Shown: positions 6,647-13,268 of the stretch, piece after piece | How the letters are laid out: the number at the start of each line of letters is the position of its first letter | Numbering within the stretch: position 1 is the first letter of the stretch | Position numbers and translations under genes: made by a program | The notes under the pieces: generated by a model | Seen by the model: only the letters and a program-made list of their open reading frames with translations | What the model was told of the DNA's origin: nothing | Database searches by the model: none | Source of the DNA: a virus | DNA: 33,520 bases | Reading direction: 5' to 3' (one strand) | Virus record (IMG/VR): IMGVR_UViG_3300025874_000003

Positions 6647-6835
6647 TTACCAATTTACTCCGAACCAAATACCAAACCCATGAATCATGCCAATGGGGAA
6701 AAAGAACCCGCCAGCAATCAGTAGTAAGTATTTAGCCGTAACTAGACAATGAATAATGTGAGTTATCCATGCACCTAAACAAGTAACGACTGTTGCAATT
6801 GCTAAATAACCTGCTGTTTCATCTTTCATTTTCAT
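6647..6835 (-). CDS. Small two-TM membrane protein
   Basis: 62 aa with two hydrophobic helices (YLAIATVVTCLGAWITHIIHCLV, LLLIAGGFFFPIGMIHGFGIWF). AAGGGA precedes the ATG. Confidence 0.6.
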   Translation of the reverse strand: MKMKDETAGYLAIATVVTCLGAWITHIIHCLVTAKYLLLIAGGFFFPIGMIHGFGIWFGVNW

Positions 6836-6841
6836 GTCCCT

Positions 6842-6919
6842 TTATAAAGTAAATAGTTGATATAACGCGTAACAGAATAGTACCACAACAAAAAACTCAA
6901 AGCACTGCATTTTATCCAT
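6842..6919 (-). CDS. 25-aa hydrophobic peptide (MDKMQCFEFFVVVLFCYALYQLFTL)
   Basis: Hand translation. Its ATG overlaps the stop of the upstream 50-aa gene. Weak evidence only. Confidence 0.25.
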   Translation of the reverse strand: MDKMQCFEFFVVVLFCYALYQLFTL

Positions 6920-7064
6920 TTTTATTTATCCTATTCTCTACTTTCTTGGCGTACTTCTTAACGTCAATGTGGGCTTCCTTTGGCAGATAGATACCTCTAA
7001 CCTCTGCAAGACCCTGCTCTTTTTTCTTGGCTCTAAACTTACGAACATACTCAGTACTACTCAT
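6912..7064 (-). CDS. 50-aa ribbon-helix-helix-like protein, paralogue of 10717-10908
   Basis: Hand translation MSSTEYVRKFRAKKKEQGLAEVRGIYLPKEAHIDVKKYAKKVENRINKNG. TAATG junction with the upstream gene. Shares the E-[VI]-R-G-[IV]-[YF]-x-x-K-E-[AS]-H core with the 63-aa protein at 10717-10908. Confidence 0.6.
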   Translation of the reverse strand: MSSTEYVRKFRAKKKEQGLAEVRGIYLPKEAHIDVKKYAKKVENRINKNG

Positions 7065-7270
7065 TATCTTCTATCCTTTCTGTTTAAATAATTCTTAAAG
7101 CCTTCGGTTATGTTGCTGCAAGCCAGCTCGTCGTCAGACAGTGACATCTCGTCGTCAAAGTGCTGCCTTGCATACCTCTCAACGTCCCTCCTGTTCAGCT
7201 TGACCGCCTCAGCTATCTCTGTATAAGTTAGCTCAGTGTGATCAAGTAAACGTCTTACCTGCTTCTCCAT
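7064..7270 (-). CDS. Small HTH protein (sigma region-4-like)
   Basis: ATG 7270, whereas the ORF track starts at TTG 7288. LTYTEIAEAVKLNRRDVERYARQ is an HTH. Confidence 0.6.
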   Translation of the reverse strand: MEKQVRRLLDHTELTYTEIAEAVKLNRRDVERYARQHFDDEMSLSDDELACSNITEGFKNYLNRKDRR

Positions 7271-7322
7271 ACCGTCTGACAACTTCAAAACGTATCAGCT
7301 CTCAAGGCTTCAACATCAGCAC

Positions 7323-7550
7323 TTAAAGCGTCGAGCAATTGTTAAGTATAATCTGATCTTCAGTTTTAGCTTCTTCTTCAGAGATCAGCTCAATTCGACC
7401 ATTAAACATATAACCACTAGCTTTTAAGAAATCACTAAACGCTTCAATAATGTCATATACAGGTTGCTCACTGTCAATGGTCATATCAAGAGACCTTGTT
7501 GCTGTATATTCCTCTGCACCTTCTGGTACTTCATAGCTTAATTTAATCAT
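7323..7550 (-). CDS. Small acidic hypothetical protein
   Basis: 75-aa ORF starting at ATG, rich in Asp/Glu, directly downstream of erf. Confidence 0.6.
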   Translation of the reverse strand: MIKLSYEVPEGAEEYTATRSLDMTIDSEQPVYDIIEAFSDFLKASGYMFNGRIELISEEEAKTEDQIILNNCSTL

Positions 7551-7553
7551 TGT

Positions 7554-8219
7554 TTATGCCCCTTTTAGTAACTTTCGTTCTTCGGTTGTAAAAAATGCTG
7601 TTTCACACTTGCTTGGTGCTACCCACATAGCGCGTTGATCTTCTTCTGGTATCTCGCCAAAGGCTTCTTTAGCTAACGCTATATTATCGCTTGTAGGCTC
7701 GATAAGCATTCTGCGTATAAACTGTAAAGAATCATAATGGAGATCCACCGCTAACCCACACAGTTGCTCTTTTGTTCTCTCCTGTACGTACAGTTGCTCC
7801 TTTGACTTCGCCGGTGACTTTCCCCGCATCATCGCAGCCTCTGCATCGTCATCTGCCGATGGAATTCCCGCCATGGATTGCAAAGAATAACGACGAGCAT
7901 AGGTCACACATTGAGCACCCCCTTGCGCGTCTTTCTTAGCCATCGGCAAATAGAACTCTGACTCTAGCCATTCGCCTGAAGAGTGCATAAGTACAGTTAC
8001 CACACCTATTCCACTACCGCCTTCAGATGTAATAGGAAACTGCGAGTAAGATAGGCCATTGTTATAGAATGGCTCTTTGATTGCCTTGATCACGCTAGTA
8101 AGATCAGCATAGTTAGATTTAAAAAACGGATTCTTTGAATCTTTAACAGCACCGCCCATTTCATTCTGCGCTTTACATAATGCTTTTGCTAAATTACTTA
8201 TACTTTCTGACTTATTCAT
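7554..8219 (-). CDS. erf: ERF-family single-strand annealing recombinase
   Basis: ISNLAKALCKAQNEMGGAVKDSKNPFFKSNYADLTSVIKAIKEP ... CVTYARRYSLQSMAGI is the characteristic ERF N-terminal core. Confidence 0.85.
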   Translation of the reverse strand: MNKSESISNLAKALCKAQNEMGGAVKDSKNPFFKSNYADLTSVIKAIKEPFYNNGLSYSQFPITSEGGSGIGVVTVLMHSSGEWLESEFYLPMAKKDAQGGAQCVTYARRYSLQSMAGIPSADDDAEAAMMRGKSPAKSKEQLYVQERTKEQLCGLAVDLHYDSLQFIRRMLIEPTSDNIALAKEAFGEIPEEDQRAMWVAPSKCETAFFTTEERKLLKGA

Positions 8220-8400
8220 TGCTTCCCCTTTCTCTGTTGTGTACTTCTTTAAGTAGGTTTTTAATTGATTTTAAAACTTGTTTTGCTTCTCGGCTCTCTT
8301 CCATTGTTTCTGGTACAAAAACCGACATATAACGCTGTGCGCTTCCAAGAGTATCGAACGCTGCATCATTAGCTGGCTTGCTTAATCTAAATACCCACAT
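8212..8400 (-). CDS. Hypothetical protein
   Basis: 62-aa ORF starting at ATG, with an 8-nt overlap onto erf. Confidence 0.55.
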   Translation of the reverse strand: MWVFRLSKPANDAAFDTLGSAQRYMSVFVPETMEESREAKQVLKSIKNLLKEVHNRERGSNE

Positions 8401-8454
8401 TACATTTCCTTAAATGTTATTGCTCGAAAGCACTGAGAATAATAATCTTTAATG

Positions 8455-8811
8455 TCATCTCTTTCTTCCCACAGTATCATCGCAGGTATGTATACTGGTG
8501 AAATAATAAGGTGAATTTGCCAAGGGATTCTCTACACTAGAACTCCTAATTGAGACAGGATCTGATGGATTCAATAGGGATTGAAATTTGGACCAGACAT
8601 TCCCAATGCTCTCTTCCGAGACAACGTTCGCTTCTTGAACTGTTTCGTCAACAGGAGATACCATTAACTCAACAGATAAAGCAACTAACGCTTCTCGATA
8701 CTCGGGGTATTGCTTCAGATAAATTTCAAGCGTTGCAGCATCACGATTTTCCTCTTCAGAGAACGAAAATAAAACGTCTTGTTCTGTAAATTGGGGGGAT
8801 GATGTATTCAT
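8455..8811 (-). CDS. Hypothetical protein
   Basis: 118-aa ORF with AAGGAGGAG upstream of the ATG. Confidence 0.65.
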   Translation of the reverse strand: MNTSSPQFTEQDVLFSFSEEENRDAATLEIYLKQYPEYREALVALSVELMVSPVDETVQEANVVSEESIGNVWSKFQSLLNPSDPVSIRSSSVENPLANSPYYFTSIHTCDDTVGRKR

Positions 8812-8877
8812 AATAACTCCTCCTTCTGCAACCCAAGAAAAAACATTTTAATCTTTGACTTATTCATTTTCTTCTCC

Positions 8878-9057
8878 CTATTCATTAAAAATTTTATTTA
8901 CTCTTAAATACAGTACTTGATAGCTATCTGTCTCTTCGTCATGTGTAACTTCAGCATCACTTATACCGTAAAAAGCGCCATAATCGTCTACCGCAACAAT
9001 CGTATCGTCGTCAAGGTCTTGGATTAATTTTTTTAAATCAGCTACATTCTCTATCAT
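8878..9057 (-). CDS. Small acidic hypothetical protein
   Basis: ATG 9057 is preceded by AAGGAGAGGAAAACG. The ORF-track start at 9078 lies inside that Shine-Dalgarno region. Confidence 0.6.
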   Translation of the reverse strand: MIENVADLKKLIQDLDDDTIVAVDDYGAFYGISDAEVTHDEETDSYQVLYLRVNKIFNE

Positions 9058-9193
9058 CGTTTTCCTCTCCTTCTTCATTAAAATGCTCTACGCTGCAATT
9101 GCCGCAAATAGAATCGTACTTACCTACACTTTCGCACGGGTCATAATCGCCGTCTTTATAATCATTACAATACTCACAAATATATATAGCCAT
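9038..9193 (-). CDS. 51-aa Cys-rich (CxxC...C...CxxC) zinc-ribbon-like protein
   Basis: Hand translation MAIYICEYCNDYKDGDYDPCESVGKYDSICGNCSVEHFNEEGEENDDRECS. TAATG junction with the upstream gene. Confidence 0.5.
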   Translation of the reverse strand: MAIYICEYCNDYKDGDYDPCESVGKYDSICGNCSVEHFNEEGEENDDRECS

Positions 9194-9492
9194 TACATTA
9201 ACTCCCAGTCTAAATCGTTTGTGCGCTCTTGGTGAGCCTCTATAGCTCTGCGCTTATCAGCCTGTGTTTTATCTATAGATTTGTTCTTTTTATCGACATA
9301 ACAACCTTTACAAGCCGATGTCTTTTCTCCGTTACGCTGGCCTCTCCAGACTCTTAAATACTCGCCGCACTTCGGACAGGCTGTATCAGAGATAAAACGC
9401 TTGCTACCGCCTACCATTTTTTTGTGGTGCTTCTGGTAAGCGGTGCCGCGATAATCTAAATCAACAGGCTTAAAAGTGGTTTCTCGGACCAT
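9193..9492 (-). CDS. Zinc-ribbon protein (CPKCG ... CKGC)
   Basis: 99-aa ORF with two CxxC pairs and TAATG coupling on both sides. Confidence 0.65.
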   Translation of the reverse strand: MVRETTFKPVDLDYRGTAYQKHHKKMVGGSKRFISDTACPKCGEYLRVWRGQRNGEKTSACKGCYVDKKNKSIDKTQADKRRAIEAHQERTNDLDWELM

Positions 9493-9740
9493 TAAAACGG
9501 TAATCCATGAGCGTTGATGCGTTTAGACTTCTCTTTCACCTCTTCACTCCAAGCCTTTAAAGCTATGGCCTCTATCTTTTTTGCAAAAGCATAACCGTTC
9601 TCAAAGTTGTGAGAGTGCATATATGCCTTAATAGAGACCTGCAATTCATACTCAAGCCAGCCAGTCTCTGCTAAAGCTGACATTGCATCCCCAATGCTAG
9701 AGCCTGTTAGACCATTCTCTGCTAAGTTTTTAACTTTCAT
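9492..9740 (-). CDS. Hypothetical protein
   Basis: 82-aa ORF with an ATGA overlap to the upstream gene. Confidence 0.6.
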   Translation of the reverse strand: MKVKNLAENGLTGSSIGDAMSALAETGWLEYELQVSIKAYMHSHNFENGYAFAKKIEAIALKAWSEEVKEKSKRINAHGLPF

Positions 9741-10015
9741 AGCGTGCGCTCCAAATAATTAGATACAACTGAGCTAAGAAGATCTTGCATATCAAGCTGC
9801 ACTTCATCGGCGTTGCGAGTGTGCATCTTACGCATCCAATGATGAATTAAACCGTTTTCGACAATATACGTTTCTAAATGGTCATGGAATGAGCCATCGT
9901 ATTTATCAGAATCTAAGTAAAGGTCAATTAAGTCCCTTTTAGCTTTATCCATAGAAAAGCCTTTAGGTGGCTCTGGTGGTGCTACTCGTGCTGGATTGTC
10001 TTGTATGTTGTTCAT
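9737..10015 (-). CDS. Hypothetical protein
   Basis: 92-aa ORF starting at ATG, first gene after the 94-bp gap downstream of the initiator gene. Confidence 0.6.
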   Translation of the reverse strand: MNNIQDNPARVAPPEPPKGFSMDKAKRDLIDLYLDSDKYDGSFHDHLETYIVENGLIHHWMRKMHTRNADEVQLDMQDLLSSVVSNYLERTL

Positions 10016-10109
10016 GGTTTGTGCTCCTTCAAGCAGTAGTTGATGAAATGAATGTTACGCGTAACTATTAGATCGGTCAAGCCTTTTATTCGTTTTATTT
10101 AAATTTATT

Positions 10110-10763
10110 TTAAAAACCGTCTGCCCATGAGTTATCTGTGAGTCTGTTGAAGACTTTTTCTTTCTTCTCTGGCCTGTTAGCTGCAAAGCGTACTGCATTG
10201 ACGTACCAAGTTCTCCAAGCGGCTGCATAGTTGTGAACATTAGTCTTTTTAGCTTGGTGGTGAGAGGTAAATAGCATCCACTGCTCTTCCATATCGAACG
10301 CTGCACCCTTCTTTAACCAGTAAGCCGTTGCAGCACCAGCTAACTCTTCAGGTATCTCTTTATCTAATAATTGTTTATTACTTTGTTTATTACATTGTTT
10401 ATTCCTCTGCAATGGTTGCAGGGGTAGGGGTGCAACTGTTGCAGGGGTGGGGTCTAATGGTTGCAGGGGTGCAATGGTTGCAGGGGTCATAGGAACGGTA
10501 GCTTTATAGCGATTTGTAGTACCGCTATGCCCGCCATCGCTTCTATCGACCTCAAGCCACTGCGCCGCCTCTAACTTCTTAATATGCGCCCTTACTGTTT
10601 GCTCGGACAAACCTGTTTCACGGCTTATACGGCCAACAGAGGGCCAGCAGAGGTCACGCTTCATGTTCATATAGGTTCTGAGGTAACTTGCTACATATTT
10701 AGAGTTAGACGGTAGTTCAGTCTTCCAAATCAATTCTAGCCAGTCGATTACTGATGTGCTCAT
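10110..10763 (-). CDS. Replication initiator (lambda O-like organisation: N-terminal wHTH, iteron-encoding linker, C-terminal domain)
   Basis: N-terminal NSKYVASYLRTYMN...WPSVGRISRETGLSEQTVRAHIKKLEAAQWLEV is a winged HTH typical of phage replication proteins. The central part is encoded by DNA repeats (see 10371-10487). Confidence 0.65.
   Translation of the reverse strand: MSTSVIDWLELIWKTELPSNSKYVASYLRTYMNMKRDLCWPSVGRISRETGLSEQTVRAHIKKLEAAQWLEVDRSDGGHSGTTNRYKATVPMTPATIAPLQPLDPTPATVAPLPLQPLQRNKQCNKQSNKQLLDKEIPEELAGAATAYWLKKGAAFDMEEQWMLFTSHHQAKKTNVHNYAAAWRTWYVNAVRFAANRPEKKEKVFNRLTDNSWADGF
10371..10487. repeat. Candidate origin of replication inside the initiator gene
   Basis: Three copies of TTGTTTATTAC at 12-bp spacing (10371, 10383, 10395). 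Four copies of (T/G)GTTGCAGGGGT ending at 10425, 10448, 10470 and 10487. Confidence 0.6.
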
Positions 10764-10908
10764 GTGTTATCCCTTTTTCTGTCAATCTTAAAATATGCTT
10801 TATGTGTGCTTTGATCTCTTTATGAGATTCTTTTTTTACAAAAACGCCTCTTATTTCACCGCGCCCTAGTGCTTTTTGCTTGTCTCGCCAATTTTTATAC
10901 TCACTCAT
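10717..10908 (-). CDS. RHH-like small protein, paralogue of 6912-7064
   Basis: 63-aa ORF. KQKALGRGEIRGVFVKKESHKEIKAHIKHI aligns with the 50-aa protein at 6912-7064. The 3' end overlaps the initiator gene by 47 nt. Confidence 0.6.
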   Translation of the reverse strand: MSEYKNWRDKQKALGRGEIRGVFVKKESHKEIKAHIKHILRLTEKGITHEHISNRLARIDLED

Positions 10909-11336
10909 GCGTAATCCTCAAATTCTAAATACTCGGTTTCACCATTATTGCGCTTTTCACTCAAAATGGCGTGCTGCTTCTTATAATGCTTGGCTATGTG
11001 GCCAGCTTTATTATCTTTAAACATCTGTTTTGCCATGTTTATGTCGTTTTTACGCTCAGTAAGAATCTCATAACGACCAGAACCTAGCGTTTTCTCTGCC
11101 CAGAGCTGAAATTCGTGTGGATTAGCTCCCATTTTTTGATGACAGCCGTAGCAGTGTGCAAAGGCATTGTCACCGTGCCACCTGACTGACTTATTTGCGC
11201 GACCGTGATAATGAGAGCAATGCAAGCCAGTCGAACTGCGGTCATACGATTTAAAGCAGACCTCGCAGGTGTAATCTGTACGCTCGCGCACGCATTTACT
11301 GAACCAATTGTCTGCTGGGTCACGTTTAATCCCCAT
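10905..11336 (-). CDS. ninG: NinG/Rap-like structure-specific (HNH-type) recombination endonuclease
   Basis: FSKCVRERTDYTCEVC...LHCSHYHGRANKSVRWHGDNAFAHCYGCHQKMGANP parallels lambda Rap (FIRERDRDLPCISCG...DAGHY...[22 protein letters not shown]). Confidence 0.6.
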   Translation of the reverse strand: MGIKRDPADNWFSKCVRERTDYTCEVCFKSYDRSSTGLHCSHYHGRANKSVRWHGDNAFAHCYGCHQKMGANPHEFQLWAEKTLGSGRYEILTERKNDINMAKQMFKDNKAGHIAKHYKKQHAILSEKRNNGETEYLEFEDYA

Positions 11337-11526
11337 TTTTAGCCTCGTTTCTGTCGTCTAACTGCTTCTGGACAACACAACCGAGGATAACTATTTCAAA
11401 TAAATCTCTGCGCTTAGAGAACCAACGTATGAGTGTTTCACTGCTAACATCTGTCATGTTTGACACTTGCTTGAGCGTTCTGAAGCCATAAGACTTTGCA
11501 TATTGTGACGGTGTAGTGAATTGCAT
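11326..11526 (-). CDS. Cro-like HTH regulator, first gene of the leftward arm
   Basis: 66 aa. LKQVSNMTDVSSETLIRWF is an HTH. It lies directly next to the divergent control region. Confidence 0.55.
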   Translation of the reverse strand: MQFTTPSQYAKSYGFRTLKQVSNMTDVSSETLIRWFSKRRDLFEIVILGCVVQKQLDDRNEAKNGD

Positions 11527-11554
11527 ATTGATCTCCGTAGTTATAATGTCAACG

Positions 11555-11584
11555 ATTATATATATAAAGTGCGCGTATTAGCAA
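11555..11584 (-). promoter_or_regulatory. Candidate leftward sigma70 promoter (TTGCTA - 16 to 18 nt - TATAAT/TATATA)
   Basis: On the minus strand, TTGCTA (11584-11579) and TATAAT (11560-11555) lie about 30 nt upstream of ATG 11526. Confidence 0.35.
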
Positions 11585-11671
11585 ATATATTTAGTGGATT
11601 TTAATAAATCTTTTTATCAACTAGATTTATTTTATTTTTTCATACCACTTTTTTAAAAAGTTGTTTTCAAA

Positions 11672-11740
11672 ATTTTGGGAGGTATTTCATTGAAATTTTG
11701 GGAGGTATTCTCTTGGAATTTTGGGAGGTATTTCATTGGA
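11672..11740 (+). repeat. Three tandem copies of the 21-bp motif ATTTTGGGAGGTATT(T/C)(C/T)(A/C)TTG at exact 23-bp phase
   Basis: Copies start at 11672, 11695 and 11718. Copies 1 and 3 are identical. An AT-rich tract lies immediately to the left. Confidence 0.9.
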
Positions 11741-11772
11741 TTTGCTGACGGGAATCGGATTTTTTGTATTTT

Positions 11773-11810
11773 CACTGGGTAAACGTACAGTACTAAGTAA
11801 ATATACAGTA
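11773..11810. promoter_or_regulatory. Two degenerate, overlapping SOS-box-like sites
   Basis: CACTGGGTAAACGTACAGTA (11773-11792, CTGG-N8-ACAG) and TACTAAGTAAATATACAGTA (11791-11810, CTAA-N8-ACAG) share 2 nt. Confidence 0.4.
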
Positions 11811-11827
11811 CTTTTTTTGATCTTAAA

Positions 11828-11847
11828 CACTGTATATATATACAGTA
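11828..11847. promoter_or_regulatory. Consensus LexA operator (SOS box)
   Basis: CACTGTATATATATACAGTA matches TACTG(TA)5CAGTA at 19 of 20 positions. It covers the spacer and -10 of TTGATC (11817-11822) - 16 nt - TATACA (11839-11844). Confidence 0.75.
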
Positions 11848-11997
11848 CTTTTTTAAACCATAAAAACCCTTTTTTTTACCCGTATAAATAGAAGTAAGAA
11901 CAAAAGCCGCGCTTTATGTTTAAAGACTATAGCGGCCAGTCGTGCGCATTGATATAAGCCCCATTTTAAATATATATACATAATCTAAGGAAAAGGG

Positions 11998-12025
11998 TTG
12001 ATAATTTAAATTATTGCCCTATAAT
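11998..12025 (+). promoter_or_regulatory. Rightward sigma70 promoter TTGATA - 16 nt - TATAAT
   Basis: TTGATA at 11998-12003 and TATAAT at 12020-12025, 45 nt upstream of ATG 12071. Confidence 0.6.
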
Positions 12026-12070
12026 TCCACACAAGTCGCGAATAACGCGCAATTAAAAAGGGTGAACAAT

Positions 12071-12283
12071 ATGAAATTCATTAAACCAATAGACTTATGG
12101 ACTCACGGCGAAGCTGTTCTAAGCGGCCAGATTAAATTACAACGCGGGCAATGGGTGAAGTGCGGCTCGCAATTGTCGCGTTTTGTAGGCGTAAAAGACA
12201 AGCGGTCTTTATGGGTTGCGCATTCACAAGGCAATAAGGCCGACACTAGGAAGCGCTTTATTGACTTATGCGAGGCCTTCTAA
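12071..12283 (+). CDS. Hypothetical protein, first gene of the rightward ORFan operon
   Basis: ATG 12071 follows AAAAAGGGTGA. The ORF-track start TTG 12014 lies inside the promoter. Confidence 0.65.
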   Translation: MKFIKPIDLWTHGEAVLSGQIKLQRGQWVKCGSQLSRFVGVKDKRSLWVAHSQGNKADTRKRFIDLCEAF

Positions 12284-12456
12284 TGATAACTAACGACTAC
12301 AAAAACGGCGCGTATAAGGCGCGCAAAGCGGGCAAAGGCGCAACTATAGCTAGTGAGCCTAGCATTCTAGCCCAAACCATTACAGGACTATTAAGCGGCT
12401 TTATATTGGCCGCTCCCATTGCTTTTTATATTATTACTAACTATTCAGGGGCTTAA
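12283..12456 (+). CDS. Small protein with a C-terminal TM segment
   Basis: TAATG junction with GAGG 8 nt upstream. C-terminal ITGLLSGFILAAPIAFYIIT. Confidence 0.6.
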   Translation: MITNDYKNGAYKARKAGKGATIASEPSILAQTITGLLSGFILAAPIAFYIITNYSGA

Positions 12457-12458
12457 AA

Positions 12459-12644
12459 ATGGACAATTTACACGCAATTATTGACACGCAATCGGAAGAA
12501 ATTATTTTGACTGGCGGCGAATCTGAAGTTTTAAAGTATATGAATTCTATTATTAAAACTAACGGTAAAAATGATTTAACAAAATTAAACCGTTACGAAG
12601 TTATTACAGGCGAAAAAAACACTATTCTAAATTTTTATAAATAA
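12459..12644 (+). CDS. Hypothetical protein
   Basis: 61-aa ORF beginning 2 nt after the upstream stop. Confidence 0.55.
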   Translation: MDNLHAIIDTQSEEIILTGGESEVLKYMNSIIKTNGKNDLTKLNRYEVITGEKNTILNFYK

Positions 12645-12656
12645 AGGGTTTAAAAA

Positions 12657-13016
12657 ATGGATTATCAAACAATAGAAAATAAATGCGAGAGTACGCCATT
12701 TAAGTGCATAACATTGCAAGGCCATTGCCGTATCGAGCTTTATTGGTCAAAGAATAGCGGCGTTAATGGTCATCAAGTTTACGGCGTATTACATGATAGA
12801 AAGATAGATTCTATTTTTATGCGAACACAAGGGTGTCAGTATTCAAAAGAGGAATTTATTCTTGATCTTTTATTAAGAAAAGTGGGCATTATGCCAAGGG
12901 GTCAAAGTTTAGGCGGCGCGACAATCCCCCATAACTATTACATATGCGGCAATTACTACAAAGTACCTAAAAAAGACGTTTTAAAAATTAAACCACGCAA
13001 AAAGGCGGTCAAATAA
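12657..13016 (+). CDS. Hypothetical Cys-containing protein
   Basis: 119-aa ORF with AAAGGG upstream of the ATG. Confidence 0.65.
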   Translation: MDYQTIENKCESTPFKCITLQGHCRIELYWSKNSGVNGHQVYGVLHDRKIDSIFMRTQGCQYSKEEFILDLLLRKVGIMPRGQSLGGATIPHNYYICGNYYKVPKKDVLKIKPRKKAVK

Positions 13017-13258
13017 TGCAAAATTCAATTATGAAAAGCAACGGTAAAATTAAAGGCGAGCGGCTAATGGTCAAGTCATACAAAGACGCCGACCTTATGC
13101 ACAAGTTCTTAAACGCGCAAAACAATAACGACTGGCGAGTCAATGATCAAGCGGGCATTTTTGCCTCACTACCGCATAAAAGCGGGCATTATGCCTATGC
13201 TGGAGGCGCTTGGCACAATATTAAAGGCTTAGACTTAACAATACTGGCGCATTTATAA
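13016..13258 (+). CDS. Hypothetical protein
   Basis: 80-aa ORF with a TAATG junction. Confidence 0.6.
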   Translation: MQNSIMKSNGKIKGERLMVKSYKDADLMHKFLNAQNNNDWRVNDQAGIFASLPHKSGHYAYAGGAWHNIKGLDLTILAHL

Positions 13259-13268
13259 GGAGCGAATA

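Noticed and set aside
10054-10065. 12-bp perfect palindrome GTTACGCGTAAC in the gap after the initiator gene, with a partial match AACGCGTAAC at 6864-6873
   Set aside because: It is a single full copy. The second site shares only 10 nt and lies in a doubtful peptide ORF. A match of that size is near chance expectation in 33 kb, so I kept it only as a note.
10055-10306. 83-aa alternative-frame ORF within and after the initiator gene; also 11084-11323 inside ninG and 2845-3114 inside the phosphoesterase gene
   Set aside because: All three are nested in alternative frames of genes with recognisable domains. None has a Shine-Dalgarno, and their composition looks like frame-shifted translation.
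11672-11740. CRISPR-like array
   Set aside because: The 21-bp units are contiguous at a 23-bp period with no spacers, there are only three copies, and there are no cas genes.
11672-11740. Sigma54 promoter reading of TTGGGAGGTATTTCATTG
   Set aside because: The GG and TTG elements are 3 nt too far apart relative to TGGCAC-N5-TTGC, and the GC of the -12 element is missing.
11690-11890. Short TTG-initiated ORFs 6 nt downstream of each motif's GGAGGT (30 aa, 10 aa and 51 aa)
   Set aside because: The ORFs differ completely between copies, and the copies at 5557 and 14701 have TTA instead of TTG. The 51-aa frame runs through the SOS boxes and A/T runs, so it is most likely non-coding.
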